From Flavobacteriales bacterium (GTDB lineage Bacteria > Bacteroidota > Bacteroidia > Flavobacteriales_G > JALEGO01): a DNA stretch of 62,913 nucleotides. The DNA is taken from the NCBI GenBank assembly GCA_020631045.1, contig JAHDHZ010000007.1, positions 1-62,913 on the forward strand, in the 5' to 3' direction. How positions within the stretch are numbered: the stretch's first letter is position 1; the number at the start of each line of letters is the position of its first letter. A model generated the notes under the pieces. It had not been told where the DNA came from and made no database searches. It was given only the letters and a program-made list of their open reading frames with translations. Shown in pieces: positions 40,840 through 51,329 of the stretch. A program made the translations under genes and the position numbers.

Positions 40840-43800
40840 ATGCTAAAAAGAGCTTTATACATTTTTCTTTTTTTGTCTTTAAGCATAATTCATGTGACAG
40901 GACAAAATTGTTCAGGAATACCACTAAATATTCCTCAAGAGCCTTTTAATGGTATACCAAATCCTTCTTTTGAACAGCACAGTGGCAATCCAACCCTTTA
41001 CAGTCAAATGATTAAATGTCACTTTTGGAATGATTTAGACCGAAGCTCAGATTTTTTTCATGATCCTAGTTACATGGCAAATGGCTCGCTTGGGTCACCA
41101 AATAATGCGCAAGACGGTTCTTACTACGTAGGTTTTTGGAATAAAGCCGTCAATGCCAGTGATGAGTTTTTTGGAGTTTGCCTGACTGAACCTCTTTATC
41201 AAAACACACAATATGATTTTACCTTCAATGTATTTACAGGCACGTCAAATCAAGGCAACGCTGATGTATTAAACCTAACACTGTATGCCAAAACAAACTG
41301 CACCAATGATGGCACTCAAATATGCAGTTCTTGGGATGTTTTAGGGCAAGCTATCGTTCAATATTCTAATCAATGGCAAAGTATAAATATATCTTTTTCA
41401 GCACCTAATAGCTACCAAACCATTGCAATTGGCCCGTCCTGTACGAATAATTCAAATTCGGGATATTATTATATTGATAACATATCTGCAACAAAACAGG
41501 TTCATTCAGACGCAGCGATTGCCTTGAGTTTATCTGGTGATTATTGTTCAAACAATCAAAGTTTAAATGTATCTTCAAACGCCAGTTATAGTAGTATTGA
41601 ATGGTACAAAGATGGTGCTTTGATCTCATCTGCTAACGGTTCAACATACAACCTTTCTACATCTGAAACCGGCAGTTATTATGCCATCATTTACGATCAA
41701 AATTCTAATTGCTTACAAAGTCAAACGCAAACTATAAATTCTATCAATTGCAATCAAAATGGTCATGGATCAAATGGCAATACAGGACAAAACGGCTCTG
41801 GTTTTGGCACACAAAATCCAAACCCAGCCCCTGAACCAAACCCAAATCCTAACCCCAGTCCTAATCCAATGCCAGCTCCGACACCATCAGAAGACTGCAT
41901 TAATGGCATTGATGATGATGGTGACGGGCTTATTGACTTGAATGACAACGACTGCAGTTGCAATTTATCAAATAGTCAAAATCTTCTCTCTGACCCTTCA
42001 TTTGAAGAATATGTTACCTGCCCTGTTAATGAACAAGACTTTAAACACTCTATTGATCAGTGGGTTGAAGTCACAGATTTTAATTACATAGAATATTATA
42101 ACAGTTGTGGTTTTATGAACATCAATCAAACTTCAGCAATTCCTGCAAATCCTTACGGAGAAGGCTTTATAGGTGTAAAATCTTATGGTCATAAAAATGA
42201 ATATTTTGGGCAATGCTTGGCTTCAGATTTAATTGCAGGAAACACTTATGAATTTTCGATTACTGCTTGTAATCCTGATGGTGATTCATCAATGTGGCCA
42301 GCGGCTTTTGGACCTTTTCCTAATTCAATTTCATACGATCTGGCTTTGTACGGAAATGCTTCTTGTATTAATCATCCTTACAATTCAGATGACTGTCCAG
42401 AGGATCAAGGACAGGGCTGGCAAGAGTTGGGTAGAGTGCTCATTATTAAAGACAACAACTGGAATAGTTATACTTTTAGTTTTACACCTTCTCAAAACAT
42501 TTCTGCCATTGCTATTGGTGGAGCATGTGACATGCCAAGCAATCAAGAGATTTATACCTATTTTGACTCTGTATCCATTGTTTCTATTTCTAACAGTTTA
42601 CCTCAGAGTTCTATTCAATCTTCTGGAGAGTTTTGCAATGCAAACGTAAACATCTTTACCCAAAACATTGCAGATGCTTACCAATGGTACCAGAGTGGTA
42701 TTGCATTGAATGGCGAGACATCAAGTACATTAAACTTAAATCCAGGCCAGAGCGGAGACTTTCAATTAATGATTACACATTCAGGCAATTGTGCCATAAG
42801 TGACAGTATTGTAATTGAACAAGACAGTTTAAGTTATTCAATAATTACCACTGATGCTACTTGTGGGCAAAGTAACGGTTCTGTATATATCCCAAATGAT
42901 AAATATGCTTCTATTGCCATTGATGGAAATTGGCATATTGTAGATAGTGTTGACGGGCTTGCTCCTAACACCTATGATTTATACATTGACGGGGGAGCAC
43001 TCTGCAAAGACACAACTACATTCACCATTCAAAGTGCTTCAAATGCAAGCATACAAATTACTGTTGATTCCAACCAGGCCACTATTGAGCACAACTCTTC
43101 TGCCCCCCCTATTCAATTTTATTTAGACAGTGTACTGCAAACTGATTCGATCTTTGAAAATTTGGCACCTGGCATGTATTTGGGCCATATTCAAGATGCG
43201 AATGGGTGTATTTCAGCTGATAGTTTTGAAATTCTTGCTCCTACTCTGCCTCCTTCGATTAACTGTAATTTAAATTTTGCCCATCAAATAGACTCTAATC
43301 AAGTAGCTTTAATGCACTCTAGCATTCACCACACTGTTTTATTTTATTTAGATGGAATAGTACAAACAGACAGTGTTTTTGAAAACCTTGCCAATGGCAA
43401 CTATGAAATTCACCTTACCGATACCCTAGGTTGTAGTGACACTGCTCAAATTACGATTAATCATACCCCAAACAATAATCCACCCCAAAACAATTGCAAT
43501 ACTTCTATCTCAGTACTGGTTGATTCTTCTAGCATCACCATTGCCCATTTGAATGCAACTGAGCCTATCAATTACTTTATTGATGCAAACTCAGTAGGCA
43601 GTAATGCAACTCACCACAACCTTACCAATGGCCAACATGAAGTGTCTATAATTGATGCGAATGGATGTTCAGACACCCAATTGATCACCATTTCCGTGCC
43701 CCCAATAAACTGCCCTGAAATAGTCCTAGATATTGAGGCCTCCACATGCGCTGATATAGGTCAGAATACATTTACTGCCTCAGCACAACAAGGAAGTGCT

Positions 43801-44712
43801 CCCTACCAATTTTACATCAATAATCAAGCAGTATCAATACCCTATGCATACAATTTAGATCAAGACTCTTTGAGCTTTGAGGTGTTTGTCTTAGATCAAA
43901 ATTATTGCAGTTCTGATACGATTATGTATACCGTTTATGCTCATCCAACATTTGAGATTGATCTTGAGCTAGATTCTCTTTGCGCCCCTGTATGTACTAC
44001 TCTACAAAGCATTGATCACAGTACCCAGCCCTATATCAGTGAGATTAAATCTTCTGTTATGGGCAGCATATATAATGCGCAACAAGAAATTTGTTTGAAT
44101 CAGGCGGGCCGCTACACCATTGATTATCAAATTATTGCTACAAGCGGTTGCAGCTCAATCATCCAAAAAGAAATTCAAGTGCACACTCAACCAAACGCTA
44201 ATTTTTTCATTAGCCCTTCAAATTCAGTTGAGCAAGATGATTTGGTTGATTTTCAAAACAACAGCTCTGATTACACACGCCTTTATTGGAGTATTGATGA
44301 TGAAGATTTTTCAATTTTTGAGAATCCAAATGAAATATTTGAAGATTCAGGCAACTATATAGTAAAACTTATTGTTGAAAATGAGCTTGGATGTATAGAT
44401 TCTATTTCTAAAGGAGTACAAGTGCGCCCAAAAAGCACCTTGTTTATTCCTGATGCATTTTCGCCTAATGCAGATGGCAATAACGATGCATTTGGGCCAA
44501 AACACTTAGAAGTAGACGAAGACTTTTACTCTTTTACCATTCTAAATCGTTGGGGCGAAGAAGTATTTCATACCAACAACCCAAACGAATTATGGAACGG
44601 CACTTCTAAAGAAAAAGTTTGTCAGCCAGACATCTATCTATATATACTGACCTTTAAACACAAATATGGCAACAGACAACGTATTGAAGGCAGAGTCTCT
44701 CTGATTCGCTAA
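40840..44712 (+). CDS. Large secreted adhesin-like protein with type-B T9SS CTD (paralog of 38531-40777)
   Basis: Two NPSFE/DPSFE beta-sandwich domains, Pro/Asn linker, EDCINGIDDDGDG motif, SprB-like repeats, PKD; IPDAFSPNADGNND..NRWGEEVF..WNG. Confidence 0.9.
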   Translation: MLKRALYIFLFLSLSIIHVTGQNCSGIPLNIPQEPFNGIPNPSFEQHSGNPTLYSQMIKCHFWNDLDRSSDFFHDPSYMANGSLGSPNNAQDGSYYVGFWNKAVNASDEFFGVCLTEPLYQNTQYDFTFNVFTGTSNQGNADVLNLTLYAKTNCTNDGTQICSSWDVLGQAIVQYSNQWQSINISFSAPNSYQTIAIGPSCTNNSNSGYYYIDNISATKQVHSDAAIALSLSGDYCSNNQSLNVSSNASYSSIEWYKDGALISSANGSTYNLSTSETGSYYAIIYDQNSNCLQSQTQTINSINCNQNGHGSNGNTGQNGSGFGTQNPNPAPEPNPNPNPSPNPMPAPTPSEDCINGIDDDGDGLIDLNDNDCSCNLSNSQNLLSDPSFEEYVTCPVNEQDFKHSIDQWVEVTDFNYIEYYNSCGFMNINQTSAIPANPYGEGFIGVKSYGHKNEYFGQCLASDLIAGNTYEFSITACNPDGDSSMWPAAFGPFPNSISYDLALYGNASCINHPYNSDDCPEDQGQGWQELGRVLIIKDNNWNSYTFSFTPSQNISAIAIGGACDMPSNQEIYTYFDSVSIVSISNSLPQSSIQSSGEFCNANVNIFTQNIADAYQWYQSGIALNGETSSTLNLNPGQSGDFQLMITHSGNCAISDSIVIEQDSLSYSIITTDATCGQSNGSVYIPNDKYASIAIDGNWHIVDSVDGLAPNTYDLYIDGGALCKDTTTFTIQSASNASIQITVDSNQATIEHNSSAPPIQFYLDSVLQTDSIFENLAPGMYLGHIQDANGCISADSFEILAPTLPPSINCNLNFAHQIDSNQVALMHSSIHHTVLFYLDGIVQTDSVFENLANGNYEIHLTDTLGCSDTAQITINHTPNNNPPQNNCNTSISVLVDSSSITIAHLNATEPINYFIDANSVGSNATHHNLTNGQHEVSIIDANGCSDTQLITISVPPINCPEIVLDIEASTCADIGQNTFTASAQQGSAPYQFYINNQAVSIPYAYNLDQDSLSFEVFVLDQNYCSSDTIMYTVYAHPTFEIDLELDSLCAPVCTTLQSIDHSTQPYISEIKSSVMGSIYNAQQEICLNQAGRYTIDYQIIATSGCSSIIQKEIQVHTQPNANFFISPSNSVEQDDLVDFQNNSSDYTRLYWSIDDEDFSIFENPNEIFEDSGNYIVKLIVENELGCIDSISKGVQVRPKSTLFIPDAFSPNADGNNDAFGPKHLEVDEDFYSFTILNRWGEEVFHTNNPNELWNGTSKEKVCQPDIYLYILTFKHKYGNRQRIEGRVSLIR
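41752..41889 (+). repeat. Low-complexity Gly/Asn then (PN)n linker
   Basis: NQNGHGSNGNTGQNGSG...QNPNPAPEPNPNPNPSPNPMPAPTPS. Confidence 0.85.
43051..43680 (+). repeat. Three tandem SprB-like repeats
   Basis: VDSNQA..FYLD..QTDSIFENLAPG..DANGC / IDSNQV..FYLD..QTDSVFENLANG..DTLGC / VDSSSI..YFID..NLTNG..DANGC. Confidence 0.8.
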
Positions 44713-44728
44713 AAAAATTATTTAACAA

Positions 44729-45724
44729 CTAGTACTTTAACAAGGCTGAAGCCCAAGTAAATCCGCTGCCAAAAGCAGTAAAACACAATACATCTCCCCT
44801 TTTGAATCTACCTTGCTCAAGGGCTTCAAATAAGGCAATCGGAATAGACGCTGCTGTGGTATTGCCATATTTTTGAATGTTGTTAAATACGCGATCATCT
44901 GAAAGGCCAAACTTTTTTTGAACCCCTTGTGCAATTCTTAAATTGGCTTGATGGGCAATTAATAAATCAATATCTTCTTTATTTAGGTCAGAAGCCTCCA
45001 GCGCCTCATTGATCGATTCACTCATACGAGTTATGGCATGCTTGAATACATTTCGGCCATTCATGTAGGGCCATCTGCCCGCGCGCTGCATCAAATCTGG
45101 CATGATGCGTTTTTCTTCTAAGGTCGAAGGTTCTTCTAAAATAAGTTCTTTGGCATATTTGCCCTCGCTGTGCAGGTGCGTACTTAATATTTGAGATTCA
45201 TCCTCACTTCTACTCAATACTAAAGCGCCCGCTCCATCTCCAAATATTACCGCCATGCTTCTGCCTTCATCGGTCAAATCAAAGGTATTGCTTTGCACTT
45301 CAGAGCAGACCAATAAGATGTTTTGATACTGTCCAGTTTTGATAAACTGATCGGCAATAGACAATCCATAAATAAAACCAGAACACTGGTTGCGTACATC
45401 TAAAGCTCCAACGGTGTCTAATCCTAACTGCTCTTGCACGAGCACACCACTGCCCGGAAAAATATAATCTGGACTAAGTGTTGCAAAAACAACAAAGTCA
45501 ATGTCTTGTTTTTCAAGCCCTGCTTTTTCTATAGCGATTTCAGCAGCACGAGTACCCATTGAAGAAGTTGAGTCAACGCCTGGTTTGAACCATCTACGCT
45601 GCTCAATGCCTGTACGCTCAACAATCCACTCATTGGTGGTGTCAATCATAGAGGCAAGCTCTTCATTTTTAACAATACGATCAGGCACATACATGCCCAC
45701 TCCTGCTATTTTAGTTTGATACAT
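44729..45724 (-). CDS. fabH: 3-oxoacyl-ACP synthase III
   Basis: EWIVERTGI, NQCSGF, FGDGAGA, HQANLRI, YGNTTAAS, FGSGFTW. Confidence 0.9.
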   Translation of the reverse strand: MYQTKIAGVGMYVPDRIVKNEELASMIDTTNEWIVERTGIEQRRWFKPGVDSTSSMGTRAAEIAIEKAGLEKQDIDFVVFATLSPDYIFPGSGVLVQEQLGLDTVGALDVRNQCSGFIYGLSIADQFIKTGQYQNILLVCSEVQSNTFDLTDEGRSMAVIFGDGAGALVLSRSEDESQILSTHLHSEGKYAKELILEEPSTLEEKRIMPDLMQRAGRWPYMNGRNVFKHAITRMSESINEALEASDLNKEDIDLLIAHQANLRIAQGVQKKFGLSDDRVFNNIQKYGNTTAASIPIALFEALEQGRFKRGDVLCFTAFGSGFTWASALLKY

Positions 45725-45739
45725 AGGTGATGAATTGGC

Positions 45740-46291
45740 TTACAAATTAACAAAATTTTTAATCAACGCTGCGCCCCAGTATTCTGAGATCTCAGGGTGA
45801 AATTGCACACCATAAAATGGTTTAAAGGCATGACGCATTGCCTCTACTGAACAAACCACAGAGCTTGCAGTACAGATAAAATCATTGGGCAAATCAATGC
45901 ACTCAGTATGATCTTGCTTCATTTGTACTTGAGGTTCAAAATCTTTGAATAACTCCTTGTGGTCATGTACTTGAATGTTTTGCCAATCTCGATCTTCATC
46001 GCATTTAAATGCCCTAGCGCCATGTAACAACCCTAAGATCTGGTGTCCGAAACAAACGCCTAACACAGGCTGCTTTAAGGCTTTTAGAAACTGAAATTTT
46101 TCTAAATAGGGTGCTTGATCGACTTGGGTGAGTAAAATTGGCGCGCCACTGATGATGATCTTATCGTGCTCAGTGGTTTGAAAAGGTGTTATATCAGCAA
46201 GCTTAATGGTTTTTGATGCAAGATTGAATTGTGAAATAATCTCACTAAAAAAAGGTGTTTTTGTACTGCCACAATCAATAATGTAAATCAT
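45740..46291 (-). CDS. Stand-alone class I glutamine amidotransferase (GMP synthase-like GATase)
   Basis: IIDCGS, LGVCFGHQ, GVQFHPE triad. Confidence 0.85.
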   Translation of the reverse strand: MIYIIDCGSTKTPFFSEIISQFNLASKTIKLADITPFQTTEHDKIIISGAPILLTQVDQAPYLEKFQFLKALKQPVLGVCFGHQILGLLHGARAFKCDEDRDWQNIQVHDHKELFKDFEPQVQMKQDHTECIDLPNDFICTASSVVCSVEAMRHAFKPFYGVQFHPEISEYWGAALIKNFVNL

Positions 46292-46300
46292 AATACTTCT

Positions 46301-46918
46301 TTATAATTCAACATGACCTATGCCTTGTCTTACAATACTTGGCTCGTCTGTAGTACAATCAATGATTGTAGAGGGCTCTAAAGCACCCACTCCACCATCA
46401 ACAACAGCACCCACCTTGTTTTTAAACTGTTCATAGATCAGCTCTGCATCTGCAATATACTCTAAGATTCCATCATCAGAATGCAAAGAGGTAGTAATCA
46501 TAGGATGGCCCAACATCTGTGAGATTGAAATGGGAATCTGATTGGCTGGAATGCGAATGCCAATTTCACGCTTTTTTTGTACCCGAAACACCTTAGGAGT
46601 ATTGTTATTGGCTTGTAAAATAAAGGTAAAGGGCCCTGGCAAGCACTGCTTTAAAAGTCTAAATACTCGATTTGAAATCGGTTTGGTGAACTCAGAGACT
46701 TGAGCAATGTCACTACAAATAATTGAGAGTTTCGCCTTATCAAGTTTCATGCCCGCAAATGCGCAAAGTTTTTCAATGGCCTTTGAGCTGTGCAAACTAC
46801 ATCCTACCGCATAGACAGAATCTGTCGGGTAAATGATGATTTGATCTTGCTTTAAAAGCTCAACAACTTGCTTTATTTTGCGCTGATCAGGGTTTTGTGG
46901 ATGGGTCTGAATAAGCAT
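46301..46918 (-). CDS. Sua5/YrdC family protein, YciO-like
   Basis: HPQNPDQR, IYPTDSVYAVGC, LPGPFTFIL, GIRIP, PSTIID. Confidence 0.9.
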   Translation of the reverse strand: MLIQTHPQNPDQRKIKQVVELLKQDQIIIYPTDSVYAVGCSLHSSKAIEKLCAFAGMKLDKAKLSIICSDIAQVSEFTKPISNRVFRLLKQCLPGPFTFILQANNNTPKVFRVQKKREIGIRIPANQIPISISQMLGHPMITTSLHSDDGILEYIADAELIYEQFKNKVGAVVDGGVGALEPSTIIDCTTDEPSIVRQGIGHVEL

Positions 46919-46940
46919 CAGAAAAGCTTGTAATGAGTTT

Positions 46941-47597
46941 TTACCCGTTTACTTTCTTATAATCTGCTAAAAACTTCTCTAAACCATTGTCAGTTAAAGG
47001 GTGGTTCAAGAGCGCTAAAATAGATTTTAAAGGGCAAGTGGCTACATCGGCACCAATTTCTGCACATTTAATAATATGCATCGGATGACGAATCGAAGCC
47101 GCTAAAATCTCAGTATCGTAATTGTAATTGTCATAAATTACTCTGATCTGATCAATCAAATCTATACCATCAGTGCTGATGTCATCTAAACGCCCTAAAA
47201 AAGGCGACACATAACTTGCTCCTGCTTTGGCTGCCAAAAGTGCTTGACCTGCAGAAAATACTAAGGTACAATTGGTTCTGATGCCTTTAGAAGTGAAATA
47301 TTTAATTGCTTTTACTCCCTCTTTAATCATCGGTACCTTCACCACAATGTTCTTGTGCAGCTTGGCCAAGGCCTCTCCTTCTTTGATCATGCCTTTAAAA
47401 TCAGTTGAGATCACCTCTGCACTTACGTCGCCATCTACGATATTACAGATATCAACATAATGCTTTAAAATGTTTTGCTCTCCTGAAATGCCTTCTTTGG
47501 CCATCAAAGATGGATTGGTCGTCACTCCATCTAATACACCCAAGTCGTGAGCTTCTTTGATCTGATCTAGGTTTGCGGTATCGATAAAAAATTTCAT
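46941..47597 (-). CDS. fsa: Short-type transaldolase / fructose-6-phosphate aldolase family
   Basis: [37 protein letters not shown]. Confidence 0.92.
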   Translation of the reverse strand: MKFFIDTANLDQIKEAHDLGVLDGVTTNPSLMAKEGISGEQNILKHYVDICNIVDGDVSAEVISTDFKGMIKEGEALAKLHKNIVVKVPMIKEGVKAIKYFTSKGIRTNCTLVFSAGQALLAAKAGASYVSPFLGRLDDISTDGIDLIDQIRVIYDNYNYDTEILAASIRHPMHIIKCAEIGADVATCPLKSILALLNHPLTDNGLEKFLADYKKVNG

Positions 47598-47621
47598 AAT
47601 TCTTTTTTTGTAAAGGTATAC

Positions 47622-47945
47622 TCACGCACTTTGCGGAGCAAGTTTAATTTTTAAGCCTTCAAAGTTTTGATTGATCTTAAGTTGACAGCCCAATCGTGAG
47701 TTTTCTTCAACAAAAAAGGCTTGATCTAGCATATCTTCTTCATCTTCAGACATTGCACTCAATTCATGCTCTGAAAGCACATAACAATGACAAGAAGCGC
47801 ACATAGCCATTCCTCCACAAGTGCCTTCAACATCAAGCTCGCTTGCTTTGCACAACTCCATAATATTCATATTCATGTCTGTTGGCGCTTGCACAGTGTG
47901 CATACCACCTTCTCTATCTTCTATATGTATGGTAACCTCAGACAT
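47622..47945 (-). CDS. 2Fe-2S ferredoxin (adrenodoxin-type)
   Basis: CGGMAMCASCH, EEDML, SRLGCQ. Confidence 0.92.
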   Translation of the reverse strand: MSEVTIHIEDREGGMHTVQAPTDMNMNIMELCKASELDVEGTCGGMAMCASCHCYVLSEHELSAMSEDEEDMLDQAFFVEENSRLGCQLKINQNFEGLKIKLAPQSA

Positions 47946-48952
47946 TATTCGAAGCCATTTACACCATTTACTGTTGTGTATTTCAACACCAAGTTCTTAT
48001 CAGGATAAATACGCTTGAAGGCTGACTGTACCATTAAAGTAGCCTCATGAAATCCACAGAGAATCAGTTTTAACTTTCCTTTGTAAGTATTGATATCTCC
48101 TACAGCGTATATGCCTTCTATGTTGGTTGAATAATCAAATGTGTCTACTTCAATGGCATTCTTGGTAATGTTTAAATTCCAATCTGCTATGGGGCCCAAT
48201 TTTGGAGAAAGTCCAAATAAAGGCACAAAATGATTGGTCGGCTTTTGCATTTCTCCCTGAGTTTTATGCTTAATGGTTACCCCTTCAAGTGTACCTTGCC
48301 CCGTAAGACCTACAACCTCAGCATTGGTAATCAAATTAATCTTTTTCTCTTTTGCCAAGTCCATCACCTTTTCAACAGAATCTAACGCCCCTCTAAACCC
48401 TTCTCTTCTGTGCACCAAAGAAACCTCTGAGGCCACGTCTGTTAAAAATATTGACCAATCTAAGGCAGAATCTCCTCCGCCTGAAATCACTACTTTTTTA
48501 TCTCTATAAAACTCAGGGTCTTTGATGATATACTCAACACCTTTGTCTTCAAAATCTGTAATGTTTTCAATGGGTGGTTTGCGCGGCTCAAAACACCCTA
48601 ATCCACCGGCAATGGCAATATTTTTTGCTCTATGCTTTGTGCCTTTATTGGTGGTAACAATAAAGAAATCTTCAGCATCTTTTTCGATCTGCTCAGCACG
48701 CTCACCCAAAGTGAAACCAGGTTTGAAAGGCGCAATTTGTTGCATTAAATTATCGATCAAATCTCCTGCCAAAATCGAAGGAAATCCGGGAATATCATAA
48801 ATCGGTTTTTTAGGATAAATCTCAGAGCACTGCCCTCCGGCTTGTGGCAAAGAGTCAATTAAATGACAACGCAGCTTTAAAAGGCCTGCTTCAAAAACAG
48901 TGAATAATCCTACCGGACCTGCCCCAATGATGATGATGTCTGTTTGAATCAT
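47945..48952 (-). CDS. Ferredoxin-NADP+ reductase (TrxB-like/YumC type)
   Basis: GAGPVG, GGQC..YPKKPIYDIPG, GGGDSALDW, GKLKLILCGFHEA; no CxxC. Confidence 0.92.
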   Translation of the reverse strand: MIQTDIIIIGAGPVGLFTVFEAGLLKLRCHLIDSLPQAGGQCSEIYPKKPIYDIPGFPSILAGDLIDNLMQQIAPFKPGFTLGERAEQIEKDAEDFFIVTTNKGTKHRAKNIAIAGGLGCFEPRKPPIENITDFEDKGVEYIIKDPEFYRDKKVVISGGGDSALDWSIFLTDVASEVSLVHRREGFRGALDSVEKVMDLAKEKKINLITNAEVVGLTGQGTLEGVTIKHKTQGEMQKPTNHFVPLFGLSPKLGPIADWNLNITKNAIEVDTFDYSTNIEGIYAVGDINTYKGKLKLILCGFHEATLMVQSAFKRIYPDKNLVLKYTTVNGVNGFE

Positions 48953-48956
48953 ATCG

Positions 48957-48964
48957 CAAATTTA
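48957..48964 (-). promoter_or_regulatory. -7 box for the FNR-ferredoxin operon
   Basis: TAAATTTG 4 nt before ATG. Confidence 0.65.
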
Positions 48965-48988
48965 GTGAGTTCAACTCAAAGAAACACT

Positions 48989-49873
48989 CTATTCAGACTT
49001 TTTATACAAGTCATCTTGATCAATGATTTTGATGGATGGATTGCCTTTGTCTTTACCTCTAAAATCAATGTCTTTTATGAATTGAAAATGGTCTTTTTCC
49101 CATTTGTAAGCATTAAAGCTTAAATCAGGACCATAATACTGATATTGACCAGTATATTGAGGTTCATGCGCCGCTAAAGAAGAGAAAATCAATTGTTGTT
49201 TATCGATTACAATATCGTAACGAACATCTGAGCTGTACTGAAAAACAGCTCGTCTTTTGATACGCTTTTCATGGCGAAGTAGAGCCTTGCCCAAAACAAG
49301 GTGCTTTGAAGAGGTGAAAGCAATAGGCTCAATGACCTTTTTACTGATCAATGGATTAGATTTATCAATACCCAGCAGCACGTAGGTGGTTTTCTTTTTG
49401 TGCTTGACCTGTAAAAGATCAAAATAAATGGCTCCGTACCACTTAAAGGCATTGAGTTTTTTATAAGCCAATTTGTCGTTTAACACAATTGATGGATCTT
49501 GTTTGAGTTCAATGGTTTTTTGCCCTTTTTGATCAGTAAAGGATAGGTAACAAAAGTACTTATAGCTAAAATCTTGTTGTTGCATACTCCATGAGAAGAC
49601 TTGTAATTTTTCGTCTTTACTGATGATGTGGGCCATGCTCAACAAAGAATCGATTTTGTAGTTTTTTAAATTTGGCTCTTGGCGAATGAGTTTTTGTAAA
49701 AAGAGGGCAAAAAGCTCGTTGAACTTTTTTTGATTGGATGAAGGTGCTGTGCTCTGAGCTCTGTAATATTTGGCTGAATCAATTAATTGTTCAGTAGAAT
49801 AGATCTGCGATAGACCAGTAAATGGTAGGCAAGCAAAAACTAAATAGAATACATGCTGTTTAAAAAGAGGCAT
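48989..49873 (-). CDS. Exported hypothetical protein
   Basis: Signal peptide from ATG 49873; WYGAIYF, YVLLG, YGPDLSFNAY; no family recognised. Confidence 0.7.
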   Translation of the reverse strand: MPLFKQHVFYLVFACLPFTGLSQIYSTEQLIDSAKYYRAQSTAPSSNQKKFNELFALFLQKLIRQEPNLKNYKIDSLLSMAHIISKDEKLQVFSWSMQQQDFSYKYFCYLSFTDQKGQKTIELKQDPSIVLNDKLAYKKLNAFKWYGAIYFDLLQVKHKKKTTYVLLGIDKSNPLISKKVIEPIAFTSSKHLVLGKALLRHEKRIKRRAVFQYSSDVRYDIVIDKQQLIFSSLAAHEPQYTGQYQYYGPDLSFNAYKWEKDHFQFIKDIDFRGKDKGNPSIKIIDQDDLYKKSE

Positions 49874-49889
49874 GTAGTTAAAACGTAAA

Positions 49890-50252
49890 TTATGATGGAT
49901 TATTTGCCAAATGCAAAAAGTCTTTTCTAGCCAAAAGCGTTTCGTCACTTTCTCTAAAATCGGGATCATCAACACAACAATCAACAGGACAAACTGCTGC
50001 ACACTGTGGCTCATCATGAAATCCCTTGCACTCAGTACACTTATCAGTCACGATATAATAGTACTCCATGCTCACAGGCTCTTGATCTTCAGAGGCATTC
50101 ATTTTGTTACCAAGCGTTGTAGTTAACTCTCCTTGTAATGATGTGCCATCTGAAAGCTTCCATTCAGCTCCCGCCTCATAAATTGCATTGTTGGGGCACT
50201 CAGGTTCGCAAGCTCCACAATTGATGCATTCGTCTGTGATCATTATTGCCAT
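49890..50252 (-). CDS. YfhL-type 2[4Fe-4S] ferredoxin
   Basis: [42 protein letters not shown]; start moved to ATG 50252. Confidence 0.93.
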   Translation of the reverse strand: MAIMITDECINCGACEPECPNNAIYEAGAEWKLSDGTSLQGELTTTLGNKMNASEDQEPVSMEYYYIVTDKCTECKGFHDEPQCAAVCPVDCCVDDPDFRESDETLLARKDFLHLANNPS

Positions 50253-50261
50253 AAAGTAGTG

Positions 50262-50283
50262 TACTTTTGTTCTTACAAATTTA
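50262..50283. promoter_or_regulatory. Face-to-face -7 boxes for acyl-CoA reductase (plus) and ferredoxin (minus)
   Basis: TACTTTTG plus 50262-50269; TAAATTTG minus 50276-50283. Confidence 0.6.
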
Positions 50284-50293
50284 GCAGATACAA

Positions 50294-51316
50294 ATGGATA
50301 AAGCAATTGAAAATCGCATCGAAACATTCTCAGCACTTGGTGAGCTGTTAAAAGCATATCTAGAAAAAACGCCAACCCCGTATTCATCAAAGATTCAAGT
50401 CGCCATTAATGAGGCTCAAAAAGAGAATCCTTGGTTTACAAGCCAAAACATTGAGTACATGCTGAACTGTATTGCTCATCAACTTAGCCCACAAATCTTA
50501 AAAAACTGGTTAACTCCTTTTAAAACTAAAGAAAAAACCATTGCTATTATTATGGCTGGAAACATTCCTTTGGTTGGATTTCATGATTTATTGGCCTGTT
50601 TACTCATGGGCTGCAAGGTAATTGTAAAGCCCTCTTCTAAAGACGCAAAACTCATGCATATGATCTGCTCTTTGATTGTCGAGCTTTCAAGTAATTTTAA
50701 AGACAAAATTAATTTAGTGCACAGCTTGATTGGCCACTCTTATGATGCTTTAATTGCAACAGGCAGCAATGCTTCAAACACTCAATTTAAAAAATACATG
50801 CAAAACAAACCTTGTTTGTTTAGAGGACATAGAAATGCTGTGGCCATTCTCTCAAAAGACATTTCAGATGAGCAACTTAATTTACTTGCCAAAGATGTTT
50901 TTCAATACTTTGGAATGGGATGCCGAAATGTAAGCAAATTATTCATCGAACAAGGATTTGATTTTAAACGCATGAATCAATTTGGCCTTGAATATCAAAC
51001 TGCTTTAGAAGCCCACAACAAATACATGAACAATTACCAGTATTACAAAACCATTTATGCTTTAAACAACATTGCTTTTTATGACATGGGGTTTTACAGT
51101 TTAAAAGAAGACGTTTCTTTACATGCCATGGTTTCTGTGTTGCATTACCAGGTGTATGAAGAGCTTTCTGAGGTTTACAAACAAATTGAAAATCAAAGCA
51201 ATGCAATACAATGTGTTATTGGTTTGAATCACGTTGATTTTGGCATGGCTCAACAACCTAAAGTTGATCAGTATGCTGATCAAATCAATACCTTAGAATT
51301 CATTGACGGCATATAG
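50294..51316 (+). CDS. LuxC-like acyl-CoA reductase
   Basis: [35 protein letters not shown]. Confidence 0.88.
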   Translation: MDKAIENRIETFSALGELLKAYLEKTPTPYSSKIQVAINEAQKENPWFTSQNIEYMLNCIAHQLSPQILKNWLTPFKTKEKTIAIIMAGNIPLVGFHDLLACLLMGCKVIVKPSSKDAKLMHMICSLIVELSSNFKDKINLVHSLIGHSYDALIATGSNASNTQFKKYMQNKPCLFRGHRNAVAILSKDISDEQLNLLAKDVFQYFGMGCRNVSKLFIEQGFDFKRMNQFGLEYQTALEAHNKYMNNYQYYKTIYALNNIAFYDMGFYSLKEDVSLHAMVSVLHYQVYEELSEVYKQIENQSNAIQCVIGLNHVDFGMAQQPKVDQYADQINTLEFIDGI

Positions 51317-51329
51317 CCTTAAATAGCAA

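Noticed and set aside
49874-50390. Long apparent overlaps among the hypothetical, ferredoxin and reductase ORFs
   Set aside because: Artefact of longest-ORF starts; resolved with ATG 49873 and ATG 50252
50294-51316. Bioluminescence (lux) locus
   Set aside because: No luxAB, luxD or luxE; LuxC-like reductases are common in non-luminous Bacteroidota
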